Source: an uncultured Gammaproteobacteria bacterium (GTDB taxonomy: Bacteria; Patescibacteriota; Microgenomatia; Levybacterales; JACOYD01). Taken from it: a stretch of DNA of 64,000 nt. Location of the stretch: positions 5,176 through 69,175 of the forward strand of contig CAYUJR010000002.1 of the NCBI GenBank assembly GCA_964445095.1, written 5' to 3'. Every line of letters starts with the position of its first letter. Position 1 is the first letter of the stretch. The notes beneath the pieces were generated by a model. That model was not told where the DNA came from. It did no database searches and saw only the letters and a program-made list of their open reading frames with translations. Shown one piece after another: positions 1-8,001 of this stretch. Position numbers and translations under genes: made by a program.

Positions 1-681
1 GTGCGGGGGAATTTTAAGGATTTAGGGGAAATTGCACGTTCAAATGGTTTTGATAAGGTGAGCGGCATAATTTTTGATTTGGGAGTTTCCAGTCATCAAT
101 TAGAGACTGAAGAGAGAGGTTTTAGTTTTCAGAAGGATGCGCCGCTTGATATGAGAATGAATTCGTCAGCTGACGAACAAGCGGTTACAGCGGCAGACTT
201 AATTAATGGCTTAACTAGAAAGGAGTTATATGAGCTTTTTACTAAATTGGGTGAGGAGCAGTTTGCTGGGCCCATTTCTGACTCTATTATTAGGGCCCGT
301 CAAGTAAAACCCATTGCGACAACCGGTCAATTAGCAAAAGCGGTAGTAGATGTTTATAAAAAATATCATATGAAAAGAGGAAAAATTAATCCGGCAACAA
401 AAGTTTTTCAAGCTTTACGAATGGCTGTTAACGACGAGCTTAACAATTTAAGACAAGCCTTGCCGCAAGCCTTAGACCTGTTATTGCCCGGCGGCCGCTT
501 GGTGGTAATTAGCTTTCATTCCTTGGAGGATAGAATTGTTAAAAATTTTGCCAAAGAACAGCAGGCATTGGTCTTAGCGCGTATTTTAACAGAGAAACCA
601 GTTACGCCCGATTTTACGGAAATAGAAAGTAACCCCAGAGCTAGAAGTGCCAAGATGAGAGTGCTGGAAAAATTAGCATGA
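1..681 (+). CDS. rsmH: 16S rRNA (cytosine1402-N4)-methyltransferase RsmH/MraW, C-terminal part (5' end lies outside the window)
   Basis: Translation contains GIIFDLGVSSHQLE...ERGFSF...DAPLDMRM, the RsmH signature. First gene of the dcw cluster. Overlaps the next ORF by 4 nt (ATGA). Confidence 0.85.
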   Translation: MRGNFKDLGEIARSNGFDKVSGIIFDLGVSSHQLETEERGFSFQKDAPLDMRMNSSADEQAVTAADLINGLTRKELYELFTKLGEEQFAGPISDSIIRARQVKPIATTGQLAKAVVDVYKKYHMKRGKINPATKVFQALRMAVNDELNNLRQALPQALDLLLPGGRLVVISFHSLEDRIVKNFAKEQQALVLARILTEKPVTPDFTEIESNPRARSAKMRVLEKLA

Positions 682-962
682 ATAATCGTCATATTTTATT
701 ATTAAGCCTGGTTGTAATTTTAGTAATAGCTCTAACTGTGATGCAGGTAATTCTTTCCAATAAGCTGTCAACGGCAGGAAAAGAATTAGCCAAAATTCAA
801 AACGTGATTAATGAGCAGGAGTTAATTGGCGAGGAGTTGAGGATTAAAATAGCCAGCGCCAGCTCACTTACCGCCATTGCCCAAAATGCGGGAAAACTGG
901 GATTTGTCAAAGATAGCTCGCCGCTGGTGGTGGGCGGCAGCGAATTTGTGGCTCAACGATGA
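678..962 (+). CDS. ftsL: FtsL/DivIC-like small bitopic division protein
   Basis: 94 aa with an N-terminal TM helix then a coiled-coil. Sits between rsmH and ftsI as in canonical dcw clusters. 4-nt overlaps on both sides. Confidence 0.55.
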   Translation: MNNRHILLLSLVVILVIALTVMQVILSNKLSTAGKELAKIQNVINEQELIGEELRIKIASASSLTAIAQNAGKLGFVKDSSPLVVGGSEFVAQR

Positions 963-2647
963 TATGGCGAACACAAACCCTGTTTTTCTTTTTCTTATTT
1001 TTATTTTTTCTCGTAATTGCCAGACTCTTTTACTGGCAAATTATCCGAGGGAGTGAGCTTTTCCTGCAGGGTCTTTCCCAATACACCCAAACCACTGTTC
1101 ATTTACCCGAGCGGGGGAAGATCTATACTTCCGACAACTTTCCCTTGGTAGCTAATTCTCCCGGATATCTAGTTTTTGTTCAGGCAAGTCTGGTAAAAGA
1201 CCAGGACAGCAAAAAACAGCTCATCAATAAACTTTCTTATCAGCTTAGCCTAGAGGTGGCTTCTGTAGCTGCTACTTTAAATCAAGATTTGCCCTGGATT
1301 CCTATTAAGCAGCGAGTTGATAGATCAATAAAAGAGCAGATAGAAAGTTTAAAACTAACCGGAGTCGGATTTAACAGGCAGGATTTCCGCTTTTATCCGG
1401 AGGCTTCTCTGGCGGCTCATCTGACAGGGTTTACCGGTAAAGACGAGAGCGGGGCAGATAAGGGCTATTTTGGCCTGGAGGGATATTATGACAGAGAACT
1501 GCGCGGTAGAGTTGGCCGAGTCAAAGAGACCAAAGATGCTCAAGGAAAGCCGATTTTAATTGCCGAGCGGCTGGGAGAGAATAAAATTGACGGGCAAGAA
1601 CTAGTTTTACACCTTGATAGGAGAATTCAATTTATAGCAGAAAATGCCTTAAGAGAAGGCGTAGAGCGCTACGGGGCCAAGGGAGGAACAGTGGCGGTGA
1701 TGGATCCTCAAAGCGGAGGAATTATGGCCTCTGCCTCCTATCCCAATTATGAGCAGGAGAAATACTTTAATTATGGCGAGGAGCAGTTTCGCGATTCTCT
1801 AATTTCGGATACTTATGAGCCGGGTTCAACCTTTAAGGTTTTGACTATGGCGGCGGCGTTTAATGAGAATGCGGTGACGGTGGACACTAAATGCGACTCT
1901 TGTGGCGGTCCGGTGACTATTTTTGATTACACTATTAGAAATTGGAATGATAAGTATTTTCCAGATACTAATATGAGAGATGTGATTATTCATTCCGATA
2001 ATACCGGCATGGTCTTTGTCTCCAAAAAATTGGGACTGGATAAAATGTTTACTTATCTCGAGAAATTTGGTATTGGCAGTTCAACCGGCATTGATTTACA
2101 GGGTGAAGCAAGTAGTAAGCTGCGGCCAAAAGACCAGTGGTATCCGATTGATCTGGCGACAGCCGCTTTTGGTCAGGGAGTGGCGGTTACTCCGATTCAA
2201 ATGCTGACGGCGGTTTCGGCTCTGGCTAACGGCGGTCGCCTGATGGAGCCCCACGTGGTCGCCAAAATTAAAGATAGCGGCGGTAAGGAATTTAATATCA
2301 AGCCAAAAGTGGTGCGAGAAGTAATTTCTCCAAATACCGCTCAACTCATCACGGAGATGATGGTAAACGCGGTAGATAATGGTGAAGCTAAATTTGCCAA
2401 GCCTCGCGGTTATCGCATTGCCGGAAAAACCGGTACCGCCCAGATCCCGATAGCCGGACATTATGATCCCAACCGGACCGTGGCTTCTTTTGTCGGTTTT
2501 GCGCCGGCGGATGATCCTAAATTTGTGATGATTGTGATAATTCGTGAACCAACCGCTTCAGTTTTTGGTTCGGAAACCGCCGCCCCCATTTTCTTCAAAA
2601 TCACCCGAGAATTATTAAGTTACTACAACATCCCCCCGAAGGAGTAG
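959..2647 (+). CDS. ftsI: Peptidoglycan D,D-transpeptidase FtsI (class B PBP)
   Basis: N-terminal poly-Phe TM segment. SxxK (GSTFK), SDN (HSDNTG) and KTG(T) motifs are all present. Position follows ftsL. Confidence 0.9.
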   Translation: MIWRTQTLFFFFLFLFFLVIARLFYWQIIRGSELFLQGLSQYTQTTVHLPERGKIYTSDNFPLVANSPGYLVFVQASLVKDQDSKKQLINKLSYQLSLEVASVAATLNQDLPWIPIKQRVDRSIKEQIESLKLTGVGFNRQDFRFYPEASLAAHLTGFTGKDESGADKGYFGLEGYYDRELRGRVGRVKETKDAQGKPILIAERLGENKIDGQELVLHLDRRIQFIAENALREGVERYGAKGGTVAVMDPQSGGIMASASYPNYEQEKYFNYGEEQFRDSLISDTYEPGSTFKVLTMAAAFNENAVTVDTKCDSCGGPVTIFDYTIRNWNDKYFPDTNMRDVIIHSDNTGMVFVSKKLGLDKMFTYLEKFGIGSSTGIDLQGEASSKLRPKDQWYPIDLATAAFGQGVAVTPIQMLTAVSALANGGRLMEPHVVAKIKDSGGKEFNIKPKVVREVISPNTAQLITEMMVNAVDNGEAKFAKPRGYRIAGKTGTAQIPIAGHYDPNRTVASFVGFAPADDPKFVMIVIIREPTASVFGSETAAPIFFKITRELLSYYNIPPKE

Positions 2648-2649
2648 TT

Positions 2650-3240
2650 TTAGGGTGAGTAAAATAAAGACAATGCTCAATCCTACAGATTATTTAATCT
2701 ATTGAAGATGGATCAAATTTGGGAAAGTCTTCATTTAAATATGCAGAACGAGGATCCCTTTTGGAGAAACCAAAAGTCCTCCCTCTCTCTGGTTGTCGCC
2801 TGACCACAATCTCAACCTCTTCTCCTGCTCTTCTTGCTGCTTCTTCCAATTCTGCCACACCTGCTCTTAATGTTCTTTCTCCTGCTCCAGGGGTACGCTC
2901 ATAGAGAGTAGTAGGTTCTCCTATAAATTTAATTGAGCCATCTTCTCCCCTTTTTGTTCCTATGGGTCTTAATCCCACGACTGCGTTTAAGGCAATATTA
3001 TCGCCTGTGTGTCGCCGCCTGGTTTAGCTTCTTTTCTCATGTAGAAGAATTTAGCAAATAGTAATTCAAAAGTCAAGTGTATGTCTTGTGGCGTTGAGCT
3101 TCAAATGGCCTGTGATGAGTTCTATCGAACCATGCCATGGCTCTGAGTTTATCGAAGGGTTATAGCATTGAGCCTGCCGAAATGCTTGCCCTGAGTCCAT
3201 CGAATGGGGTAAAATATGGGAAGAAAATATGAGTTTATTT
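2650..3240. other. Anomalous GC-/CT-rich non-genic-looking segment between ftsI and lexA (degraded gene or structured RNA; not identifiable)
   Basis: Composition differs sharply from the flanking AT-rich DNA. Overlapping ORFs on both strands (2694-2978 minus; 2719-2904 plus). No SD or promoter context. The minus-strand ORF starts at GTG and is rich in AGA/GGA/GAA codons. Confidence 0.3.
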
Positions 3241-3246
3241 TTCCTC

Positions 3247-3276
3247 TTGACAGACTGACTATTTAGTCAGTATACT
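3247..3276 (+). promoter_or_regulatory. lexA promoter with embedded perfect palindromic operator (putative SOS box)
   Basis: TTGACA at 3247-3252, then 18 bp, then TATACT at 3271-3276. The ATG follows 9 nt later, so the mRNA is near-leaderless. The perfect inverted repeat ACTGACTA-TT-TAGTCAGT (3254-3271) fills the spacer. Confidence 0.6.
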
Positions 3277-3285
3277 GGATGGGTT

Positions 3286-3900
3286 ATGGATAAAATAACT
3301 GCCCGTCAGGCAGAAGTTTTGAAACTGATTTATAAATCGATTTCCGATTCCGGTTACCCCCCGACTTTGGCCGAACTGCGTGAGTCTTTGGATGTTTCTT
3401 CCAATCAGGCAGTTTTGGATATTCTAAAAATTTTAGAAGATAAAGGTTATATACAGAAAGAGGAAGGAACAGCAAGAACCATTAGAATTTTAGATAAAGG
3501 CATTAAAGAATTGGGTTTAAAGCAAGTTGCTCCTGTTGCAGGTATCAGCGCAGCCGGCCCATATATGCAAGCCTATGAAATTAATGAATGGAAAGTTATA
3601 GACGATGTACAAGTAACCCCAAAAGACCGTCTGGTAAGAATTTCCGGGGATTCCATGATTGAGGCAGGCATTAATGATGGAGACATTGTCATAGTTCGTG
3701 AATCTAAAGAATTTAAAAACAGGGATATAGTTTTAGCCAGAAATAATGATGAAACAACAGTTAAAAGGTTTGTGCATGATGACGGTAAGGTTTACTTAAA
3801 ACCGGAAAACCCAAAATATAGAAATATTCCCATATATCCGGAGACTAGATTATTGGGTAAAGTTGTAGGTATACTTGGGAAAAGTAAAATTAATGACTAA
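3286..3900 (+). CDS. lexA: LexA-type transcriptional repressor (S24 peptidase)
   Basis: Canonical LexA winged-HTH N-domain (TARQAEVLKLI...YPPTLAEL...GYI). Ala-Gly cleavage site (AAGP), GDSM serine and VKRF lysine are present. The palindromic operator lies in its own promoter. Confidence 0.9.
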   Translation: MDKITARQAEVLKLIYKSISDSGYPPTLAELRESLDVSSNQAVLDILKILEDKGYIQKEEGTARTIRILDKGIKELGLKQVAPVAGISAAGPYMQAYEINEWKVIDDVQVTPKDRLVRISGDSMIEAGINDGDIVIVRESKEFKNRDIVLARNNDETTVKRFVHDDGKVYLKPENPKYRNIPIYPETRLLGKVVGILGKSKIND

Positions 3901-4717
3901 TGTTATGATACCGCAAATTATAAACAGAACAGGATTAGACCATCAGCCTAACAGAAATAATGCTAAAAAGCTTTTATATCCGGAAGATTTTATAAATAAA
4001 ATTATGTGTGGGGATGCTATCGAAATAATGAAACAAATCCCTAATCAAAAAGTAGACCTAGTTGTTACTTCGCCTCCTTATAATCTCAAAAATTCTACCG
4101 GTAACGGAATGAAAGACGGACGAGGTGGTAAATGGGCAAATGCTGCACTACAAAATGGATACACACATCACGACGATTGTATGCCCCATGATAAATATGT
4201 TAAATGGCAAAAAGAATGTTTGAATGAAATGATGAGAATAATTCCAGAAGATGGCGCAATTTTTTATAATCATAAATGGCGTGTTCAGGATGGCTTATTA
4301 CAAGATCGCCAAGATATCGTGGCTGGATTTCCTGTCAGGCAAATTATTATTTGGAAGAGAAAAGGAGGTCTTAATTTCAATTCCGGTTACTTCTTGCCTA
4401 CTTATGAAGTTATTTACCTTATAGCTAAACCGAAGTTTAAATTAGCGCCAAAAGCAAATGCTTATGGTGATGTTTGGGAATTTACCCAAGAAATGAAAAA
4501 TGAGCATCCCGCTGCTTTCCCTGTCAAATTAATTGATCGTATCATTTCTTCAACCAATGCAAAAATAATTCTTGATCCTTTTATGGGTTCAGGTACAACA
4601 GCTATTTCTGCGATTAATTTTAATAGAAAATATATAGGTATTGATATTTCACCGGAGTATTGTAAGATGGCACAGGAGCGAATTGAGCGCCACAATGCGC
4701 AAATAAAACTCCTGTAA
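3893..4717 (+). CDS. Beta-class N4-cytosine/N6-adenine DNA methyltransferase of a type II R-M system
   Basis: Motif IV TSPPY (VVTSPPYNL) precedes motif I DPFMGSGTT, which is beta-group order. SPPY is typical of N4C MTases. The ORF is open from TTG 3875; the start is placed at ATG 3893 and overlaps the lexA stop. Confidence 0.8.
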   Translation: MTNVMIPQIINRTGLDHQPNRNNAKKLLYPEDFINKIMCGDAIEIMKQIPNQKVDLVVTSPPYNLKNSTGNGMKDGRGGKWANAALQNGYTHHDDCMPHDKYVKWQKECLNEMMRIIPEDGAIFYNHKWRVQDGLLQDRQDIVAGFPVRQIIIWKRKGGLNFNSGYFLPTYEVIYLIAKPKFKLAPKANAYGDVWEFTQEMKNEHPAAFPVKLIDRIISSTNAKIILDPFMGSGTTAISAINFNRKYIGIDISPEYCKMAQERIERHNAQIKLL

Positions 4718-4721
4718 AACT

Positions 4722-5519
4722 ATGGCAAGTAAACCGATTATTTATACAAAACAAACGCTAATTGATAAACTTAAAGAAATTGTGGTTATGGGTTGGATTC
4801 CAAACGCCCGGCGAGGTAATTCTGGGGGTATAGGAAATACATTAGAAGATTTACTTGGTATTAAAGAAAATAATTTACCAATTCCAAACGCCGCTGAATG
4901 GGAGTTAAAAACTCAACGTATTAATTCTTCTTCATTAACGACCCTTTTTCATTCAGAGCCCTCACCTCGAGCTATTCGTTTTGTTCCACAAGTTTTGTTG
5001 CCAAAATATGGATGGGCTCATCAGGAAGATGGCAAGAAATATGCCAAAGGTGAGATGAGTTTTCGGCAAACAATTCATGGTCAATCAAGAAGTGATCGTG
5101 GTTTTATGGTTATTATTGATCGTTCAGAGAAAAAGATTTTAATTTCCTTTGATTCAAAAAGTGTGGCCATAAAGCATAAAGACTGGCTCGAATCAGTGAA
5201 AAAACGTGTTGGATTAAAAGAACTTGACCCCCAACCATATTGGGGGTTTGATGATTTAGAACATAAAGCCGGAACAAAATTACTTAATACCTTCTATGTT
5301 CAAGCTGAAGTGAAAGTTGAACGTAAAAAAGAATATTATAAATATACAAAAATTATGATGCTCCAAAAATTCAGTTTTGAAGGATTTTTGAAAGCATTGG
5401 AAGAAGGAAAAATTCTTGTAGATTTTGATGCTCGTACAGGACATAATCATGGAACAAAGTTTAGGATGAGACAGGATTGTTTACCAATACTTTATGAAAA
5501 AGTAACGGTGATTATTTAA
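4722..5519 (+). CDS. Type II restriction endonuclease partner of the MTase (size and context fit MvaI/BcnI-like enzymes)
   Basis: Starts 5 nt after the MTase stop. At 265 aa it matches the size of monomeric MvaI/BcnI-family REases that pair with N4C MTases. No motif strictly recognised; the call rests on context. Confidence 0.5.
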   Translation: MASKPIIYTKQTLIDKLKEIVVMGWIPNARRGNSGGIGNTLEDLLGIKENNLPIPNAAEWELKTQRINSSSLTTLFHSEPSPRAIRFVPQVLLPKYGWAHQEDGKKYAKGEMSFRQTIHGQSRSDRGFMVIIDRSEKKILISFDSKSVAIKHKDWLESVKKRVGLKELDPQPYWGFDDLEHKAGTKLLNTFYVQAEVKVERKKEYYKYTKIMMLQKFSFEGFLKALEEGKILVDFDARTGHNHGTKFRMRQDCLPILYEKVTVII

Positions 5520-5567
5520 ACATTAATCAGAAAAAGAAATTTTGGAGAATTTAAGAAAGGTAAAGAT

Positions 5568-6230
5568 ATGAATTCAACAACAGAAAAACTCATAGAACGA
5601 GTTAGCCAACTTTTGTCTAAGGGGCAATCTGTCGCTGGGACACGATACAATGATAGTTCTGAACATGTTTTCGCTCCAGACGAAGTAAATAGTACCCCAT
5701 TTCATGCATGGAAGAATAACTCACAAAACTGCGTTTTAATGGTTTGTGGAGAAAACAGTCCTTATTATAAAAACTTTATTGAAGGAGTGAAAATAGCTCG
5801 CCCTAGCGATGTAGATCGTGGTATTGGCATACTCACAGCACTGAAAGAAGATTTGGAGTTAGGTTATTTAACCAAAGTTAGAGATTTGGTAAGCGCTGAA
5901 ATCTTTACAGATTTTATCGAAATGGCTCAGCACCTCTTGGATAATAACTATAAAGACCCTTCCGCTTCCCTGATAGGTGCTGTATTGGAAAATGGCTTGA
6001 GACAAATCGCACAGAAAAATACAGTTGAAGTCAAATCGGGCGATGACATAGGATCACTTAATACAAAGCTCGCAGACAAAGAAGTTTATAGTCGCTTGTT
6101 ACAGAAACAAATTCAGGCCTGGAAGGCAATAAGAGATAGTGCTGATCATGGTAAGTTTGAGGATTACAAAACAGAGGATGTTAAGGCTATGTTAGAAGGT
6201 GTGAAAAGATTTTTAACGGAGAATTTGTAG
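5568..6230 (+). CDS. HEPN-domain protein, Abi-like (DUF4145-like), RNase-type Rx4HG motif
   Basis: The C-terminal helical domain carries ...AWKAIRDSADHGKF..., i.e. R-x4-H-G. It sits immediately downstream of the R-M genes, as stand-alone HEPN/Abi genes often do. Confidence 0.55.
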   Translation: MNSTTEKLIERVSQLLSKGQSVAGTRYNDSSEHVFAPDEVNSTPFHAWKNNSQNCVLMVCGENSPYYKNFIEGVKIARPSDVDRGIGILTALKEDLELGYLTKVRDLVSAEIFTDFIEMAQHLLDNNYKDPSASLIGAVLENGLRQIAQKNTVEVKSGDDIGSLNTKLADKEVYSRLLQKQIQAWKAIRDSADHGKFEDYKTEDVKAMLEGVKRFLTENL

Positions 6231-6232
6231 AT

Positions 6233-6589
6233 ATGCAAAATCAGATACCAATAACAAATAAAATAAAAACCATCAAACTTGAGAAGATGCCAACTCTTAT
6301 TAAAGAGTTTATGGTTGATAGAACTCCTCGCAATAAAAACTTCGGCCAACTCTTAAAAATTTTCAATTCTTGCTACAAATCTTTTTCTCCTGATCCATCT
6401 AACGATTTGCGAATACTGAAGTACGTCGAGGATATGAAGAGTGGGGAATGGAATGATTTGATAATTATAACTTTTCAAAATGGACAGGCTATAGACGGTG
6501 TGCATAGAGGTATTGCATATCTAAAATGCGTAAAAGAAGGAAGTAAGGAGGATACTCTTCCGCAGATTTATTTAAGTAGAGTAAAATAA
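6233..6589 (+). CDS. Hypothetical 118-aa protein whose first 8 codons are duplicated at 6591
   Basis: The ORF starts 3 nt after the HEPN stop. The 24-nt segment holding its start (6231-6254) is repeated exactly at 6589-6612. Confidence 0.5.
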   Translation: MQNQIPITNKIKTIKLEKMPTLIKEFMVDRTPRNKNFGQLLKIFNSCYKSFSPDPSNDLRILKYVEDMKSGEWNDLIIITFQNGQAIDGVHRGIAYLKCVKEGSKEDTLPQIYLSRVK

Positions 6590-6590
6590 T

Positions 6591-6737
6591 ATGCAAAATC
6601 AGATACCAATAAATTGGCAGTTGAAAGCTGTAGAATTAGTAAGTAAATCGCACGAGGCAAGAAAGAAATCAAAAGAGCTTTTGGAAGAAGCGAAAAGAAA
6701 AGTTGAGGAAATGGTTGAAAAAGGAGGTGAGAATTAG
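6591..6737 (+). CDS. 48-aa coiled-coil small ORF (MQNQIPINWQ...EKGGEN) sharing its start with the preceding gene
   Basis: Not in the ORF track because it is under 60 aa. It has the same ribosome context and first 7 residues as 6233-6589. Its 3' end encodes the AAAGGAGGTGA SD of the next gene, and its stop overlaps that gene's GTG start. Confidence 0.4.
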   Translation: MQNQIPINWQLKAVELVSKSHEARKKSKELLEEAKRKVEEMVEKGGEN

Positions 6738-7108
6738 TGAAACTTGATGAATTTATAACGAATGTTTTAATGGATATTGACAATGGATTAGCAGTCGCAA
6801 AAGAAAAAGCTAATAGAAATTATTATGTGTCATCTACAGATAAAGGGGGAGTTAGTTTCGATATTGCCGTAACCACAACTTCTTCAAGTGGTTCAAAAGC
6901 CGAAGGAACAGCAAAAGTAGGCATAATCCAAGTTTTGGGTGCTGGTGTTAATGCCGGGTTAGAAAGTAAGGAAGAAAATAGTCATGTAAGCAGAATACGG
7001 TTTTTTGTTCATGTACCAAGTAGGACAAAAACTGAAATTGAAGAGGATTCTAGAGAAATAGCAGAGTTAAATAGAAGACAAAGAGAAGAATCTAGTTTTG
7101 GAACTTAG
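6737..7108 (+). CDS. Small cytoplasmic protein, trypco2-like (trypsin-co-occurring domain 2-like) pattern
   Basis: GTG start 7 nt after a strong SD. Pattern: an amphipathic helix, then VSFDIAVTTT...KAEGTAKVGIIQVLGAGVNAG...H.SRIRFFVHV, resembling trypco2 conflict-system domains. This is recalled from memory, not aligned. Confidence 0.35.
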   Translation: MKLDEFITNVLMDIDNGLAVAKEKANRNYYVSSTDKGGVSFDIAVTTTSSSGSKAEGTAKVGIIQVLGAGVNAGLESKEENSHVSRIRFFVHVPSRTKTEIEEDSREIAELNRRQREESSFGT

Positions 7109-7306
7109 CTGGATGACCTCCCTCTTTCATTTCTCCTTCGTCCTTTGGGACTATGGAAGGACACAGTAAAATTACGGAAGGGCAGGCACGCCGGTTTGCC
7201 CTGAGCGAGGCCAAAGGAAAGAAATTGCAATTGTGGAGGATAGTGTAGCACAGTAATTTTATGAAACAGATGAAAATTAAATTAGCAATTTTTGAAGGAA
7301 GTGAGT

Positions 7307-7325
7307 CGGTGACAAATTGTCACCG
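7307..7325. repeat. Perfect 19-nt palindrome CGGTGACAA-A-TTGTCACCG in the spacer after the defence-like operon
   Basis: Exact inverted repeat. No U-tract follows it, so it is more likely a protein-binding site than an intrinsic terminator. Confidence 0.6.
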
Positions 7326-7465
7326 TTTGAAAATGTTGGCTGTTTACGAGATAATTATTTACCAAGTAATATAATTAAAAAACTAAAATGAGCAATTATT
7401 ACAACATTTAAATTCCCGAGGTGTTTTTGGTTGCATTGCGGATATATTTCCATAAATAATACTAA

Positions 7466-7891
7466 ATGAATAAAGACAAAAGTTATACATGGAATGCCCC
7501 AGACAAAGAAGTTAGCCAGTTAAGCAGTAAAGAGATTGTAATAATATATATTCTTAAAAAGATTAGTCCCTATCTAACAACTCTAACAAGATTTTTCCCA
7601 TTCTCATTACTCTGGCAGGATCGAAGATTTCATTACAAACACAAAAAGATTGCTGACGCCGATGATCTTATTATTAAAATTGCCGGAGAAAAAGACTTTT
7701 GGTTTAAATTATTTTCTTACGATGAAGATGATCGTTTTTTAAACATTATCGGTAAATTTATACCTTTAAAAAAAGACTCTAGCAAAGATAAATTGTTCCA
7801 GTATTTTAGAAAGAAAATGGAGAATGAAGACTTTTATATAAATGACTTGGAGGATGGGAGAGTTAAAATTTCCTTAATGCAAAAGAAATAG
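7466..7891 (+). CDS. Hypothetical protein (AT-rich orphan)
   Basis: 141-aa ORF with no recognisable motif. Very AT-rich and isolated by a 357-bp spacer. Confidence 0.4.
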   Translation: MNKDKSYTWNAPDKEVSQLSSKEIVIIYILKKISPYLTTLTRFFPFSLLWQDRRFHYKHKKIADADDLIIKIAGEKDFWFKLFSYDEDDRFLNIIGKFIPLKKDSSKDKLFQYFRKKMENEDFYINDLEDGRVKISLMQKK

Positions 7892-8001
7892 ATATGAGAT
7901 TATAATCAAAACAAGCTGGTCCTTCGGTAGACTCAGGATAAAGGGATTTTGGAAATGTTTTAATTTTCGTTATACTTAAATAGTAGAGAGGAGGTGAGGA
8001 A

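Noticed and set aside
970-1010. T-rich run at the start of ftsI as a possible slippery or phase-variable tract
   Set aside because: It encodes the poly-Phe/Leu membrane anchor (FFFFLFLFF). It is interrupted, not a homopolymer, so it is ordinary low-complexity coding sequence.
1355-2461. ORFs 1355-1543(-), 2016-2207(+), 2096-2461(-) inside ftsI
   Set aside because: They lie wholly within the well-supported PBP gene on other frames or strands, with no RBS and biased composition. They are shadow ORFs.
2650-3240. tmRNA, RNase P RNA or group II intron remnant as explanation for the GC-rich segment
   Set aside because: No tRNA-like 3' end (GGTTCGAnTCC...CCA). No tag-peptide reading frame ending in ALAA. 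No RNase P P4 GGAAAGTCCGGGC / ACAGAANCCGGCTTA boxes. No domain V consensus. Left as unidentified.
4462-4695. Minus-strand ORF inside the MTase gene
   Set aside because: Antisense shadow ORF within a motif-supported CDS.
6164-6783. Minus-strand ORFs 6164-6349 and 6568-6783
   Set aside because: Antisense to the tightly packed + strand operon. AT-rich stop-poor frames are expected by chance.
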